DNA from: Bacteroidales bacterium
GTDB taxonomy: Bacteria > Bacteroidota > Bacteroidia > Bacteroidales > P3
DNA: 64,000 nucleotides
Assembly (NCBI GenBank): GCA_017480145.1
Contig: JAFVBF010000034.1
Location: forward strand, 66,817-130,816
Direction of reading: 5' to 3'
How positions within the stretch are numbered: the stretch's first letter is position 1; each line of letters begins with the position of its first letter. Shown piece after piece: positions 27,928 through 38,700 of this stretch. The notes under the pieces were generated by a model, which was given only the letters and a program-made list of their open reading frames with translations, was not told the DNA's origin and searched no databases. Position numbers and translations under genes: made by a program.

Positions 27928-28197
27928 ATGTATTTAACCAAGGAAAAGAAACAGGAAATTTTTGCCGAGTATGGCAAAAACGCCACCGACACTGGCTCTG
28001 CCGAAGCTCAGATTGCGCTGTTCACCTATCGCATCCAGCACCTCACCGAGTTGATGAAGAAAAACAAGAAAGATCAGGTTAGCGAACGTGCTCTCGTTGC
28101 TCTCGTTGGCAAGCGTCGCCGTATGCTCGACTATCTTAAGGATATCGACATCGAACGTTACCGCGCCATCATCAAGAAACTCAACCTGAGAAAATAG
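27928..28197 (+). CDS. rpsO: 30S ribosomal protein S15
   Basis: MYLTKEKKQEIFAEYGKNATDTGSAEAQIALFTYRIQHLTELMKKNKKD... 89 aa. The ORF-track start at 27859 was trimmed. Confidence 0.95.
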   Translation: MYLTKEKKQEIFAEYGKNATDTGSAEAQIALFTYRIQHLTELMKKNKKDQVSERALVALVGKRRRMLDYLKDIDIERYRAIIKKLNLRK

Positions 28198-28223
28198 TTT
28201 TTCATATTTATTGGTTATGGTTG

Positions 28224-28252
28224 AGACACTCGGTCTTCCGGGTGTCTTTTTT
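28224..28252 (+). terminator. Strong hairpin plus T6 between rpsO and pnp (terminator or attenuator)
   Basis: AGACACTCGG-TCTT-CCGGGTGTCT (10 bp, one G:U pair) followed by TTTTTT. Confidence 0.8.
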
Positions 28253-28344
28253 ACTACATGACCCACGCTTTTGCTAACACTTTTGGGTCGGCATACGGTT
28301 GCCTTCCCTGTCGGAAATAAAGAAACAACCAAAGAAAAAGTAAC

Positions 28345-30597
28345 ATGAACATTATCACCAAGAGATTCGATCTAGGCGATGGACGCATGGTCGAAATCGA
28401 AACTGGCAAACTTGCCAAACAGGCCGACGGTTCCGCCGTGGTTCGCATGAACGACACCATGCTTCTCGCCACTGTCTGCGCCAAGAAAGAAGCAGGCGAA
28501 CACGTTGACTTCATGCCTCTCACCGTTGACTATCAGGAAAAATACGCCGCCATGGGACGCTTCCCTGGTGGTTTCTTCAAACGCGAGGCTCGTCCCTCCG
28601 AACACGAAATCCTTATTGCACGTCTGGTGGACCGCGCACTCCGTCCACTCTTTCCAAGCAACTTCCATGCCGAAGTGCAAGTTCAAATAACACTTATCTC
28701 TGGCGACAAAGACACCATGCCCGACCAGCTTGCGGCTCTCGCTGCAGCCTCTGCACTGGCAGTCTCCGACATACCCTTCGGTGGCCCAGTCTCCGAAGTA
28801 CGCGTCTCCTACCTTGATGGCAAATATGTCATCAACACGCCCTTACAGGACATCGACCGAGCCGACCTCGACCTCATCGTCGCTGCCACCGAAGAAAACA
28901 TCATGATGGTAGAAGGAGAGATGAAGGAAGTCAGCGAAGACATCATGCTCGGCGCACTCAAAGCCGCCCACGAAGCCATCAAAATCCAGTGTAAAGCCAT
29001 TGCAGAACTTACCGTAGAAGCTGGCAAAACCGAGAAACGCGAATACTGCCACGAGGAAAACGATGAAGAATTGCGTCAACGGCTACACGATGCCGTCTAT
29101 CAGAAATGCTACGACTTCTCCAAACAGGGCATCGCAAACAAGCATCAGCGCGAAGAGGGCTTCGAAAACATCAAGAAAGAATTTATCGAGGCCAACTATA
29201 CCGAAGAGACCCTTACGGACGATGTGAAATTCATGATCGACCGCTACTACCACGACACCGAGCGCGAAGCCATGCGTGACATGGTTCTCAACGAACGTAC
29301 CCGTCTCGACGGACGACAGCTTGACGAAATACGCCCACTCTGGAGCGAGGTTAGCTATCTGCCCTCGGCACACGGTAGCGCCATCTTCACCCGCGGCGAG
29401 ACACAGTCTCTAAGCACTGTCACCCTCGGCACAAAACTTGACGAACAGATTATCGACGGCGCCGTCATCGAAGGCCGTCGCCGCTTCCTCTTACACTACA
29501 ACTTCCCGGCTTTCGCCACCGGAGAAGTCAAAGGCAATCGTGGACTCAGTCGCCGCGAAGTAGGCCACGGTCATTTAGCCTGGCGCGCACTAAAAGAAGT
29601 ACTCCCCTCGGAGACCGAGTGCCCCTACACCATCCGTGTGGTCAGCGACATCCTGGAAAGCAATGGATCATCATCTATGGCTACCGTCTGTGCAGGATGC
29701 CTGGCACTGATGGATGCCGGAGTCAAAATCCGCAAACCCGTAGCCGGCATTGCCATGGGCCTCATCTCTAAAGGAGACAAATGGGCAGTCCTGTCCGACA
29801 TCCTGGGCGACGAAGACCACCTGGGCGATATGGACTTCAAAGTAACGGGCACTCGCGATGGCATCACCGCCTGTCAGATGGACATCAAGGTCGATGGTCT
29901 CAGCTATGACATCTTGGCCAAAGCCCTTGAACAAGCTCGCCAAGGACGTCTCCACATCCTCGACCACATTGAGGCCACCATCCCCGCCCCGCGTGAAGAT
30001 TACAAACCCTTCGTGCCGCGCATCGTCCAGATTCAGATCCCGAAAGACTTCATCGGTGCCGTCATCGGCAAAGGAGGCGAAATCATACAGAAAATTCAGG
30101 CTGAGACCAACACCGTTATCAATATCGAAGAAGTGGGCGACATGGGCATCGTTGACGTTGCCTCTCCCGACAAAGACGGAATCGAAGCCGCCATCAAATG
30201 GATTAAAGACATCTGTACTGTCCCAGAAGTTGGGCAAATCTATGATGCCACCGTGGTCAGCATCGTCGAGTTTGGTGCCTTCCTTGAATTCCTGCCTGGC
30301 AAAGAGGGCTTAATGCATATCAGCGAATATGACTGGAACCGCACCGAAACGCTCGAAGGACTCCTTCACGAAGGCGACACCGTACGCGTCAAAATCATTG
30401 CCGTGGACGAGAAGAACGGCAAACTAAAACTCAGCCGTAGGGCACTGATGCCCAAGCCTGAAGGCTACGTGGAAGAGAAGCCTGCACGTCGTGAGAATGG
30501 AGATCGCCGACCGCCGCGCCGCGACAATGACAACCGCGAACGGACACCGCGACACAACGACGACCGCCGCCGAAGCAGCGACACACACCGTCGTTAA
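28345..30597 (+). CDS. pnp: Polyribonucleotide nucleotidyltransferase (PNPase)
   Basis: Two RNase PH domains, a KH domain ([16 protein letters not shown]) and an S1 domain ([20 protein letters not shown]), plus an Arg/Asp-rich tail. 750 aa. Confidence 0.95.
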   Translation: MNIITKRFDLGDGRMVEIETGKLAKQADGSAVVRMNDTMLLATVCAKKEAGEHVDFMPLTVDYQEKYAAMGRFPGGFFKREARPSEHEILIARLVDRALRPLFPSNFHAEVQVQITLISGDKDTMPDQLAALAAASALAVSDIPFGGPVSEVRVSYLDGKYVINTPLQDIDRADLDLIVAATEENIMMVEGEMKEVSEDIMLGALKAAHEAIKIQCKAIAELTVEAGKTEKREYCHEENDEELRQRLHDAVYQKCYDFSKQGIANKHQREEGFENIKKEFIEANYTEETLTDDVKFMIDRYYHDTEREAMRDMVLNERTRLDGRQLDEIRPLWSEVSYLPSAHGSAIFTRGETQSLSTVTLGTKLDEQIIDGAVIEGRRRFLLHYNFPAFATGEVKGNRGLSRREVGHGHLAWRALKEVLPSETECPYTIRVVSDILESNGSSSMATVCAGCLALMDAGVKIRKPVAGIAMGLISKGDKWAVLSDILGDEDHLGDMDFKVTGTRDGITACQMDIKVDGLSYDILAKALEQARQGRLHILDHIEATIPAPREDYKPFVPRIVQIQIPKDFIGAVIGKGGEIIQKIQAETNTVINIEEVGDMGIVDVASPDKDGIEAAIKWIKDICTVPEVGQIYDATVVSIVEFGAFLEFLPGKEGLMHISEYDWNRTETLEGLLHEGDTVRVKIIAVDEKNGKLKLSRRALMPKPEGYVEEKPARRENGDRRPPRRDNDNRERTPRHNDDRRRSSDTHRR

Positions 30598-30622
30598 ACC
30601 AGCACACCACACCATTCATCAA

Positions 30623-30660
30623 GGGAAGACGCATTCTTATTCAAGCGTCTTCCCTTTACT
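30623..30660 (+). terminator. Rho-independent terminator after pnp
   Basis: GGGAAGACGC/GCGTCTTCCC (10 bp) followed by TTTACTTTT. Confidence 0.75.
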
Positions 30661-30703
30661 TTTCACAACGGCACACCACCCTCTTCACATGGCAAAAAAA
30701 TCG

Positions 30704-30711
30704 TATATTTG
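30704..30711 (+). promoter_or_regulatory. -7 box (TATATTTG) upstream of the purM-like gene
   Basis: Exact TAnnTTTG match, 50 nt upstream of the ATG at 30762. Confidence 0.45.
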
Positions 30712-30761
30712 CAACCATTAACAACAGAAACAACCCCGTATCTAACCAGCACAAGCCCTGT

Positions 30762-31934
30762 ATGGACACACTGAAATACAATCTGAGAGGCGTTTCTGCC
30801 TCCAAAGAAGACGTACATAACGCCATCAAAAACATTGACAAAGGCCTATTCCCTAAAGCCTTTTGCAAAATCATTCCCGACATACTCGGAGGCGATGCTG
30901 AATACTGCAACATCATGCACGCCGACGGTGCAGGAACAAAATCCTCTCTCGCCTACCTTTACTGGCGCGAGACCGGAGACCTCTCCGTGTGGAAAGGCAT
31001 TGCCATCGATGCTGTAGTCATGAATCTTGACGACCTCCTCTGCGTCGGCGTAATAGACAATATTCTCCTCTCATCCACCATCGGGCGCAACAAACATCTC
31101 GTACCAGGCGAAGTCATCTCCGCCATTATCAATGGAACTGAAGAATTTCTCCAGGAAATGAGAGATCTCGGCGTTGGCATATACCTCACAGGGGGAGAAA
31201 CCGCTGACGTAGGCGACCTCGTCCGGACCATCATCGTAGACAGCACTGTCACCGCACGCATGAAACGCTCCGACATAGTGGATAACGCACACATTCACGC
31301 TGGCGATGTCATCGTCGGTCTTGCATCCTACGGACAGGCCACCTACGAAAAATCTTACAACGGAGGCATGGGTAGCAATGGCCTCACTTCTGCCCGCCAC
31401 GACGTCTTTTCCAAATACTATGCCGACAACTTCCCCATGAGCTACGACCATAACCTCCCTCAAGAAGTGGTCTATTGCGGTGGCAAGCGGCTCACCGACC
31501 CCACCGAAATTCCCGGAGTGGATGCTGGCAAAATGGTACTCTCCCCTACCCGCACCTATGCTCCAATCATCCGTCGAGTGCTGGACGAATACCGTCCCAA
31601 GATCAACGGCATGATTCACTGTAGCGGCGGCGCTCAGACCAAAGTGCTACATTTCATCGACAACCTTCACGTCGTCAAAGACAATATGTTTCCCGTCCCC
31701 CCGCTGTTCCGCATGATTCAGGAACAGAGCCATACCGACTGGCAGGAGATGTATAAAGTTTTCAATATGGGCCACCGCATGGAGATATACACCGATGAGG
31801 CCACAGCCCATGGCATCATCGATATTGCTCACTCATTTAATGTCGACGCTCAAATTATCGGACACTGCATCCCTCACGAAGGACGCCAAGTCACCGTACA
31901 CAGCGACAAAGGCACCTTCGTCTATAACCACTAA
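30762..31934 (+). CDS. purM: AIR synthase-related protein (PurM-like phosphoribosylformylglycinamidine cyclo-ligase, long Bacteroidetes form)
   Basis: N-terminus YNLRGVSASKEDVHNAIKNIDKGLFPKAFCKI..MHADGAGTKS, characteristic of the ~390-aa Bacteroidetes PurM-type proteins. Confidence 0.7.
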   Translation: MDTLKYNLRGVSASKEDVHNAIKNIDKGLFPKAFCKIIPDILGGDAEYCNIMHADGAGTKSSLAYLYWRETGDLSVWKGIAIDAVVMNLDDLLCVGVIDNILLSSTIGRNKHLVPGEVISAIINGTEEFLQEMRDLGVGIYLTGGETADVGDLVRTIIVDSTVTARMKRSDIVDNAHIHAGDVIVGLASYGQATYEKSYNGGMGSNGLTSARHDVFSKYYADNFPMSYDHNLPQEVVYCGGKRLTDPTEIPGVDAGKMVLSPTRTYAPIIRRVLDEYRPKINGMIHCSGGAQTKVLHFIDNLHVVKDNMFPVPPLFRMIQEQSHTDWQEMYKVFNMGHRMEIYTDEATAHGIIDIAHSFNVDAQIIGHCIPHEGRQVTVHSDKGTFVYNH

Positions 31935-31968
31935 GACCCACTATAAACGTACAGACAAAACACCCTCA

Positions 31969-32005
31969 AAGCGAGGCTTGACATTCGTCTAAGCCTCGCT
32001 TTTTC
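31969..32005 (+). terminator. Rho-independent terminator after the purM-like gene
   Basis: AGCGAGGCTT/AAGCCTCGCT (10 bp) followed by TTTTT. Confidence 0.75.
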
Positions 32006-32126
32006 ACATCCAAACGTCCCCATTCACAATACTTTTGTCTATTTGCGAAAAAAAACGGATATTTGCAAAATTTATATTATGCCCTAATTAGGGTTGTTTT
32101 GTGCAACAGTAAAGCATCCCTCCGAT

Positions 32127-35100
32127 ATGCAACCTATAGCGAAACAGATAATACTACTCCTCGTTCTGATTGTGGGAGCATCCATATCCCTTCAGGCACA
32201 AGGCCGCATCATCGTCCGCTACGATACCATCTGTCCTGGAGAAACAGGCTGCCACACCTATATGGACACTCTCTTTTACGAAGATTGGGAGTCTTCTAAT
32301 TCCAGCTGCTGGCAACTCGACAAAAACGGGAGCAATTATATTGACGGATTCAGCATTTCCAACAAACTACAAGCAGTCCAAATACCAAGTTATCAGTTCC
32401 CAGCCTATGATGGTAACGCACTATTTGAGGCATCAGACAAAATATACAATTTGTACGGATATATCACCGATGATGATATCCCCAGCAGCATTACCGCATA
32501 CTGGAGCAACGCTATGCTCACCTACTTTACAAGCACTGCTACTTCTCCAAGTTTTACAATCTCAGACCCTTCCCAGACAACAGTATCCTTCTTTTTCTAT
32601 GATGAAATATTAGGATACGAAACAATGGCATTCGATGACGAGGGCTACCCCACATCCAATCCGTATGAGGTATTCTGGTACTACGATTTATTGAACGTAA
32701 TCGATCAAGTCGCACTTTACGGCAGTACAAATACAAAAAAAATATGGGGACTATCTGCAGAAGACATTGATAGAGAGCATGAAAATATAAACAACTACGA
32801 CACATGGAAAAAAGCAACCGTTTCCATGTCGTCTCTCTCCGCAGGAGACAACACGCTCAAATTCTATCACATCAATCAAGGAGGTATTGGTTTTGGGGTG
32901 GACAACATCCTCGTCTATGGCCCCCGCTGCATCAAAATCCCCACAGCAGTATCAGCCCTACCTTCAGGCAGCACATACGAAAATTCCGAAACCGTTTACC
33001 GCCATGGATGCCAACCCACGACAATAACCACTCACTGGTATGTCAAGGGCTCGAAAAAAGATACAGTAGCAATCACTACCACGGAGTCTGGCTACCAATG
33101 GAACGGAACAACATACACTACCAGCGGCATTTATAACAAGTCTGGGTTTACAGACAATGACGGATGCGACAGCACTGCCTACCTCAACCTCACAATCTCT
33201 AAAAATGCACGGGTTGTGCTACCTCCCATTACCGTATGTGACGAATACACATGGACCGACGGTACAGGCAAAACCTACACTTCTACAACCACAGACTCTG
33301 TCGTTTGCACTGAATGCACCTCGTCGGGTAGCGATAGCACAACAATCCTAACCATCAACATCCACAAGTCATATCCCGACATGAAGGTATATAAATCCCT
33401 ATGTGAAGATGCCGCCGATATGGACTCCGCATTTGTGGACTATGACACCACCACCCAACGTCTCACCACGATGGCCGGCACTTGCGACAGCATCGTCACC
33501 ACCTACACCACCATACACCCCAGTTACAAATTCTATGACACCTTAGAACTATGCAATCACGAGGGAATGACGGTCCCCTGGCGACACACCGTGCTAACCC
33601 AAGACCTCCACGATGGCGGCGACTACACTCTTGAAGCAGCAACCAGCAATGAATGCGACAGCAATTTCTACTTACACCTAAAACTCACCCACGCCGTAAC
33701 CTCTTCTGTATCTGACACCATCATCGAAAACGACCTGCCCTATATCTACGACGGACAAAGTTATCCCGCCGCCGTGAGCAATATTTCTCACACACTCCAG
33801 TCTGTCAACGGATGCGACAGCATCATTAGCTTCTCGTTAGTCGTCATCCCCAACGTCACAGCAGACATCTACGACACCGTGTGCTACAGCCAATTGCCCC
33901 ACACATGGAACGGCAAGACATTCTACGCATCGTCATTGTCCGCAGGACCACTCGGTGGCGACATTGCTCAGCAAACCACCCTATTCACCACCCGTGGAGC
34001 CGACAGCACTATCACAATGCACCTACACGTCAATGCCATCTACGACATTCACCAATACGAGGAAATCTGCGCCAATAGAACCTACCAGTTCGCCGGACAA
34101 ACATATACCTTCGCCCCCTCCGATGACAAGAATGTGCGATACAATGACACTCTGAAAACCGTACAGGGCGGCTGCGACAGCATGGTGTCGCTCCACCTCC
34201 ATGTATGGCCCACCTATGAGCACGAACAATACGACACCACCACCACAGACCTCCTACCCTATCGATTTGGCCCCTACCAATGCAATGAAATCGGCGACTA
34301 TCATTACACCGAACAAAGCGTCCACAAGTGCGACAGCCTGCTAACCCTCCACCTATGGGTCATCCAGATAACGCACTTCGATACCGCCGTGTGCAGCAAC
34401 CGTACGCCATTCATATGGCACAATCGCTCGTTCAAAGAGTCATCCACAGATACCGTAACCCTCACTGGCATACATGGGGAAGACAGCCTGCTACTGCTAC
34501 ACGCCATCATCCTCGACACCTCCGCCTTCATAGACCAACAAGAACGCTGCGATCGCTACGTATGGCTCAATGGCATCACCTACACCGAATCCACCTCCTC
34601 ACCTCGACTCATGCGCACCAACCGCTATGGTTGCGACAGCGTGGTTCATTTAGACCTCATCATTGACAAATCTACAGCTATTGCCGACCACATCTCCGCA
34701 TGCAATACTTATACATGGATGGACGGCATCACCTATGAAAGCAGCATCTATGGTCCTCAAGTAATGCTGCATACCGTGCATGGCTGCGACAGCCTCGTCA
34801 CTCTCGACCTCTACATAGCCTATTCCACCTACGAGGAAATCCTTGACACCCTCTGTTCTGGGTCTCAATATGACTTCCGCGGACATATGTTCTCCCGCGG
34901 AGGCATCTATGTGGACTCGCTACTCACCGTAGAAAAATGCGACAGCATCACATTGCTAAACCTCATCGAACTCACATCACCACACATTGAGACCGAATTG
35001 GTTAGAGACTGCGAAGCCAACCGCTATTACATCAATGTTATCACTGAAGCCGACTATGTTGAGTGGAATTCCTATCCCAAAAATCTCGCCCTGGACGAAC

Positions 35101-35744
35101 AAAAGCATAGCAAATCCATCATACTCAACCCTCACGTTGATGCCGAATACACCGTTTACGCCGACTATCAATCCTACCCAGTCTGCCCTGCCGCCATCAC
35201 ATTCTCCCTCTCTCCTTTGCAAAATCCCAAGGCAACACTCCACTCTACGCCCGACTTCATCTCCTACGACAACAACATACTGAAAGCCACCGATGTAAGC
35301 GGAGACTATGACACTCGTAACTGGTATATCGACGGCCTGATGCAAGACAGTCATGAAGAGAAATTCTCCTACACCTGCGACATGGCAAATGACTCCGTCG
35401 TCGTCATGCTCGAAGTAGTATCCGGGCTCTGCCGTGACACTGCTTACACAACCCTTCATATCTACAAGCCCACACTTTATATGCCCTCGGCCTTCACTCC
35501 ATTCCTGAGCTCCAACAACACATTCAAACCACAGGGAGTTGGCATCGTAAACTACTCCCTGCAAATCTACAACCGACAGGGGCTTTTGGTCTTTAGCACC
35601 AAGGATTTTGATGAGGCATGGAACGGCAAATACAAAGACACCTACTGTGAGCAAGGCGTTTACGTCTATCTCATTCGCTATACCGACATTACTGCTCCCG
35701 AATCCTACAAAGAAGTCTCGGGCAACATCATGCTCCTGCGATAG
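32127..35744 (+). CDS. Giant repetitive surface protein with a T9SS type-B (gliding-motility-associated, CHU_C-like) C-terminal sorting domain. Paralogue 1.
   Basis: Signal peptide MQPIAKQIILLLVLIVGASISLQAQ, then a ~280-aa N-terminal globular region. About 12 modules of 50-60 aa follow, each ending in (G)CDS plus an alternating hydrophobic strand. The C-terminus is ..AFTPFLSSNNTFKPQGVGIVNYSLQIYNRQGLLVFSTKDFDEAWNGKYKDTYCEQGVYVYLIRY...GNIMLLR. Confidence 0.85.
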   Translation: MQPIAKQIILLLVLIVGASISLQAQGRIIVRYDTICPGETGCHTYMDTLFYEDWESSNSSCWQLDKNGSNYIDGFSISNKLQAVQIPSYQFPAYDGNALFEASDKIYNLYGYITDDDIPSSITAYWSNAMLTYFTSTATSPSFTISDPSQTTVSFFFYDEILGYETMAFDDEGYPTSNPYEVFWYYDLLNVIDQVALYGSTNTKKIWGLSAEDIDREHENINNYDTWKKATVSMSSLSAGDNTLKFYHINQGGIGFGVDNILVYGPRCIKIPTAVSALPSGSTYENSETVYRHGCQPTTITTHWYVKGSKKDTVAITTTESGYQWNGTTYTTSGIYNKSGFTDNDGCDSTAYLNLTISKNARVVLPPITVCDEYTWTDGTGKTYTSTTTDSVVCTECTSSGSDSTTILTINIHKSYPDMKVYKSLCEDAADMDSAFVDYDTTTQRLTTMAGTCDSIVTTYTTIHPSYKFYDTLELCNHEGMTVPWRHTVLTQDLHDGGDYTLEAATSNECDSNFYLHLKLTHAVTSSVSDTIIENDLPYIYDGQSYPAAVSNISHTLQSVNGCDSIISFSLVVIPNVTADIYDTVCYSQLPHTWNGKTFYASSLSAGPLGGDIAQQTTLFTTRGADSTITMHLHVNAIYDIHQYEEICANRTYQFAGQTYTFAPSDDKNVRYNDTLKTVQGGCDSMVSLHLHVWPTYEHEQYDTTTTDLLPYRFGPYQCNEIGDYHYTEQSVHKCDSLLTLHLWVIQITHFDTAVCSNRTPFIWHNRSFKESSTDTVTLTGIHGEDSLLLLHAIILDTSAFIDQQERCDRYVWLNGITYTESTSSPRLMRTNRYGCDSVVHLDLIIDKSTAIADHISACNTYTWMDGITYESSIYGPQVMLHTVHGCDSLVTLDLYIAYSTYEEILDTLCSGSQYDFRGHMFSRGGIYVDSLLTVEKCDSITLLNLIELTSPHIETELVRDCEANRYYINVITEADYVEWNSYPKNLALDEQKHSKSIILNPHVDAEYTVYADYQSYPVCPAAITFSLSPLQNPKATLHSTPDFISYDNNILKATDVSGDYDTRNWYIDGLMQDSHEEKFSYTCDMANDSVVVMLEVVSGLCRDTAYTTLHIYKPTLYMPSAFTPFLSSNNTFKPQGVGIVNYSLQIYNRQGLLVFSTKDFDEAWNGKYKDTYCEQGVYVYLIRYTDITAPESYKEVSGNIMLLR

Positions 35745-35779
35745 AGACAGGAATAGCCCTACCCTCCTAAATTACACAG

Positions 35780-38700
35780 ATGTCTATGTTCAAGAAATAT
35801 ATAACAGGTTCTATACGATTTCTGACGATGGCGTTCCTGTTCGCCATCCCCTCCCTGTGTGCGGCTCAGGACAACGACTTTATCCTTGACAGCACCTATA
35901 CCAGTAACGGCATCACACACTACATCATCCATGGCTGCAATCGCGTCAGAATCAACGGAAGCAACTACTCGCAAACTGGCGAAGTAACCATCGGAACCGA
36001 CGTTTACAATTACACCATCTACAAAGGTTCCCGCAACACCGACCGCCCCGAGATTCAGTGCGACCGCTATAGTTGGGATGCCACTGGCGAAACCTACACG
36101 ACCGACACCAATGTAACCACCACGCTACGAGACATCTATGGGTGTGACTCCATCGTCACACTGCAACTCACATTCAAATATTCTTCTGAATACTACATCA
36201 ACGATGCCAGTTGCGACACCTACCAATGGCACGACTCTATCTATACCGAATCCCAAGACCCAGCCATCTTCGATACCACCAACGCAGTCGGATGCGACTC
36301 TATTGTCAAACTCTACCTGACAATCTATAAATCAGACACAACAAGAATCCTTATCGACACTTGTGAGTCCTACGTATGGAATGGCGTCACCTACACCGAA
36401 TCAACAGATATACAGCACTCGTTACTCACCATCAACGAATGCGACTCCATCGTGATTTTCTCTCTCAACATCCACCACAACGACACCATTGACGTGACGG
36501 AAGTGATTCGGGAGAACCTGCTACCCTACACCTATCATGGTGCCACCTTCACAGAAATGAGGGATACCGCTGGACTCATTTTCAACATTAAAAGTATCTC
36601 CAACTGCGACAGCACCATCAACTATTCCATACATTTTCTTGCCAACGTACGGACAGAGATTGACACCATCGTCTGCCAAAATCTATTAGAATCGGGATTC
36701 CGATGGAATGCAAAAACATTCTTCTCCACAGGCATCGACTCCATCAATCTGGGGCGCACAGCAACCGGATCCGACAGTTATGGGCAATATGCCGACTCTA
36801 TTGTCGTAATGACCGTGTCGGCAATGCCAAGTTACCATTTCGATGAAAATAAGGAAATCTGCGAAGGTGAATCCTATACCTTCCGCAACAATACCTATAC
36901 CACTCAAGGCATTTATCCCACAGAATACCGCACCACCCAAAACTGCGACAGCAATTACGTCCTATACCTGACGGTGCACCCCACATACAATATTCCCATT
37001 GCGCAATCCATTTGTAGCAATGCCCCTGTCTCATTCTGTAGTTACAATTACAGCGAAGCTGGCACCTACACCTGTACCATGACTTCCATTCATGGCTGCG
37101 ACAGCACAATCACGCTCTCCCTCTCCGTGGCTGATACCACGATAGGCGAAGTATACGACACCATTCTCGAAAACGATCTGCCTTGGACCTATCGAGACAT
37201 CACATTCGACACTTTCAGTCAAGACATCCAGCACCGGTTCCTCCTCGACAGCGGCAATGTCAATGGTTGCGACAGCATCATCAGATACCATCTAATTATC
37301 TATCAAAATGTATACGACACCATTGACAGTACCATTTGTTCCAGCAACTTTCCCATATTATGGAATACGCTGACATTTGCTGCCGACGAGTCACACACAC
37401 TCACACTGACCAACCATTTAGGTGCTGACAGCATACTGACCATGCGCACCCATGCGATGCCCAACCCCTCTCAAACCTACAACGACACCATTGTTGAAAA
37501 TCAACTTCCCATCACTTTCTATGGCACCACATTCTACGATGCTGTCTCCGAACAATGCTTCTCTCGCCCTGCCATAGGGCCTTGCGACAGCATCATTATA
37601 TACAATCTACACGTACTCGAAAACACACTCACTCGCATCGACACCACGGTCTGCGAAGGCACACTCCCTATTACTTGGCGAGGACACGATTTTGCCGAGG
37701 TTGGCTGGACGTATGACACCCTCAACGGAACGGATGGCACCGACAGCATCCTCGCTTATTTTCTCACCACATCGCCTCACTACAACGACACATTTTCCAA
37801 CAGCATTTGCAGCAATCAAACAATATCCTTCGGCAATAAGACTTACGATACCGCTGGCACTTTCACCTATCAAACCCTCTCTCAATTCGGTTGCGATAGC
37901 ACCGCCACCATGATATTGACTGTCAATCCCGTCAGCAACACCACAGAATACGACACCATCATTGAAAACCAACTTTATGAACGCCACGGTACACTCAACA
38001 ACTATTTCTACTGCTACTACCACAACGGGCAATGTTTCAATGACAGCGTGTCGCACTCCGAAGTAACCATCTTAGGAGGGAATCAATACCAGTGTGACAG
38101 CATCATTGACTATAGCCTCTATGTTTACTGGAATCATGACACCACCCTATATGATACGCTATGCGGCAACGAACTCCCCTACATATGGATGGGAAAAACA
38201 TTCTCTGCCAGCAATACCTATGGAACACTCCAACAGGACATTGATACCCTTACCGTACACGGAGCCGACAGCATTATCCACCTGTCACTCACCGTCCATA
38301 ACAACTATCTCATAGAGGATAATGAGGTGGTATGCGAACCTCTATCCACAACACCCTACCAATGGTATGACACACTGATTCAGGAGAGCAAATCGCTCGA
38401 CACATTCTACCTACCACGAAAATCCGTGTACGGTTGCGACAGTCTCCACACCCTTTACCTAACCACAGCCACCCACACCTTTGACACCATCTTTGATACC
38501 ATTGTTGAAAACCAGACCAAAGGCGTCTTCTGCTACCAATTCAACGGGCATCCTTTCTGCGACACAAGCACCATTACTGACTCAACGATTATCATTCCCA
38601 ATCATGCTGGATGCGACAGCAATATCTCTTATAATTTATTTGTACACAAAAATACCTACACTTATGACACAACCGTCATCTGTGCTGACCAACTACCTCT

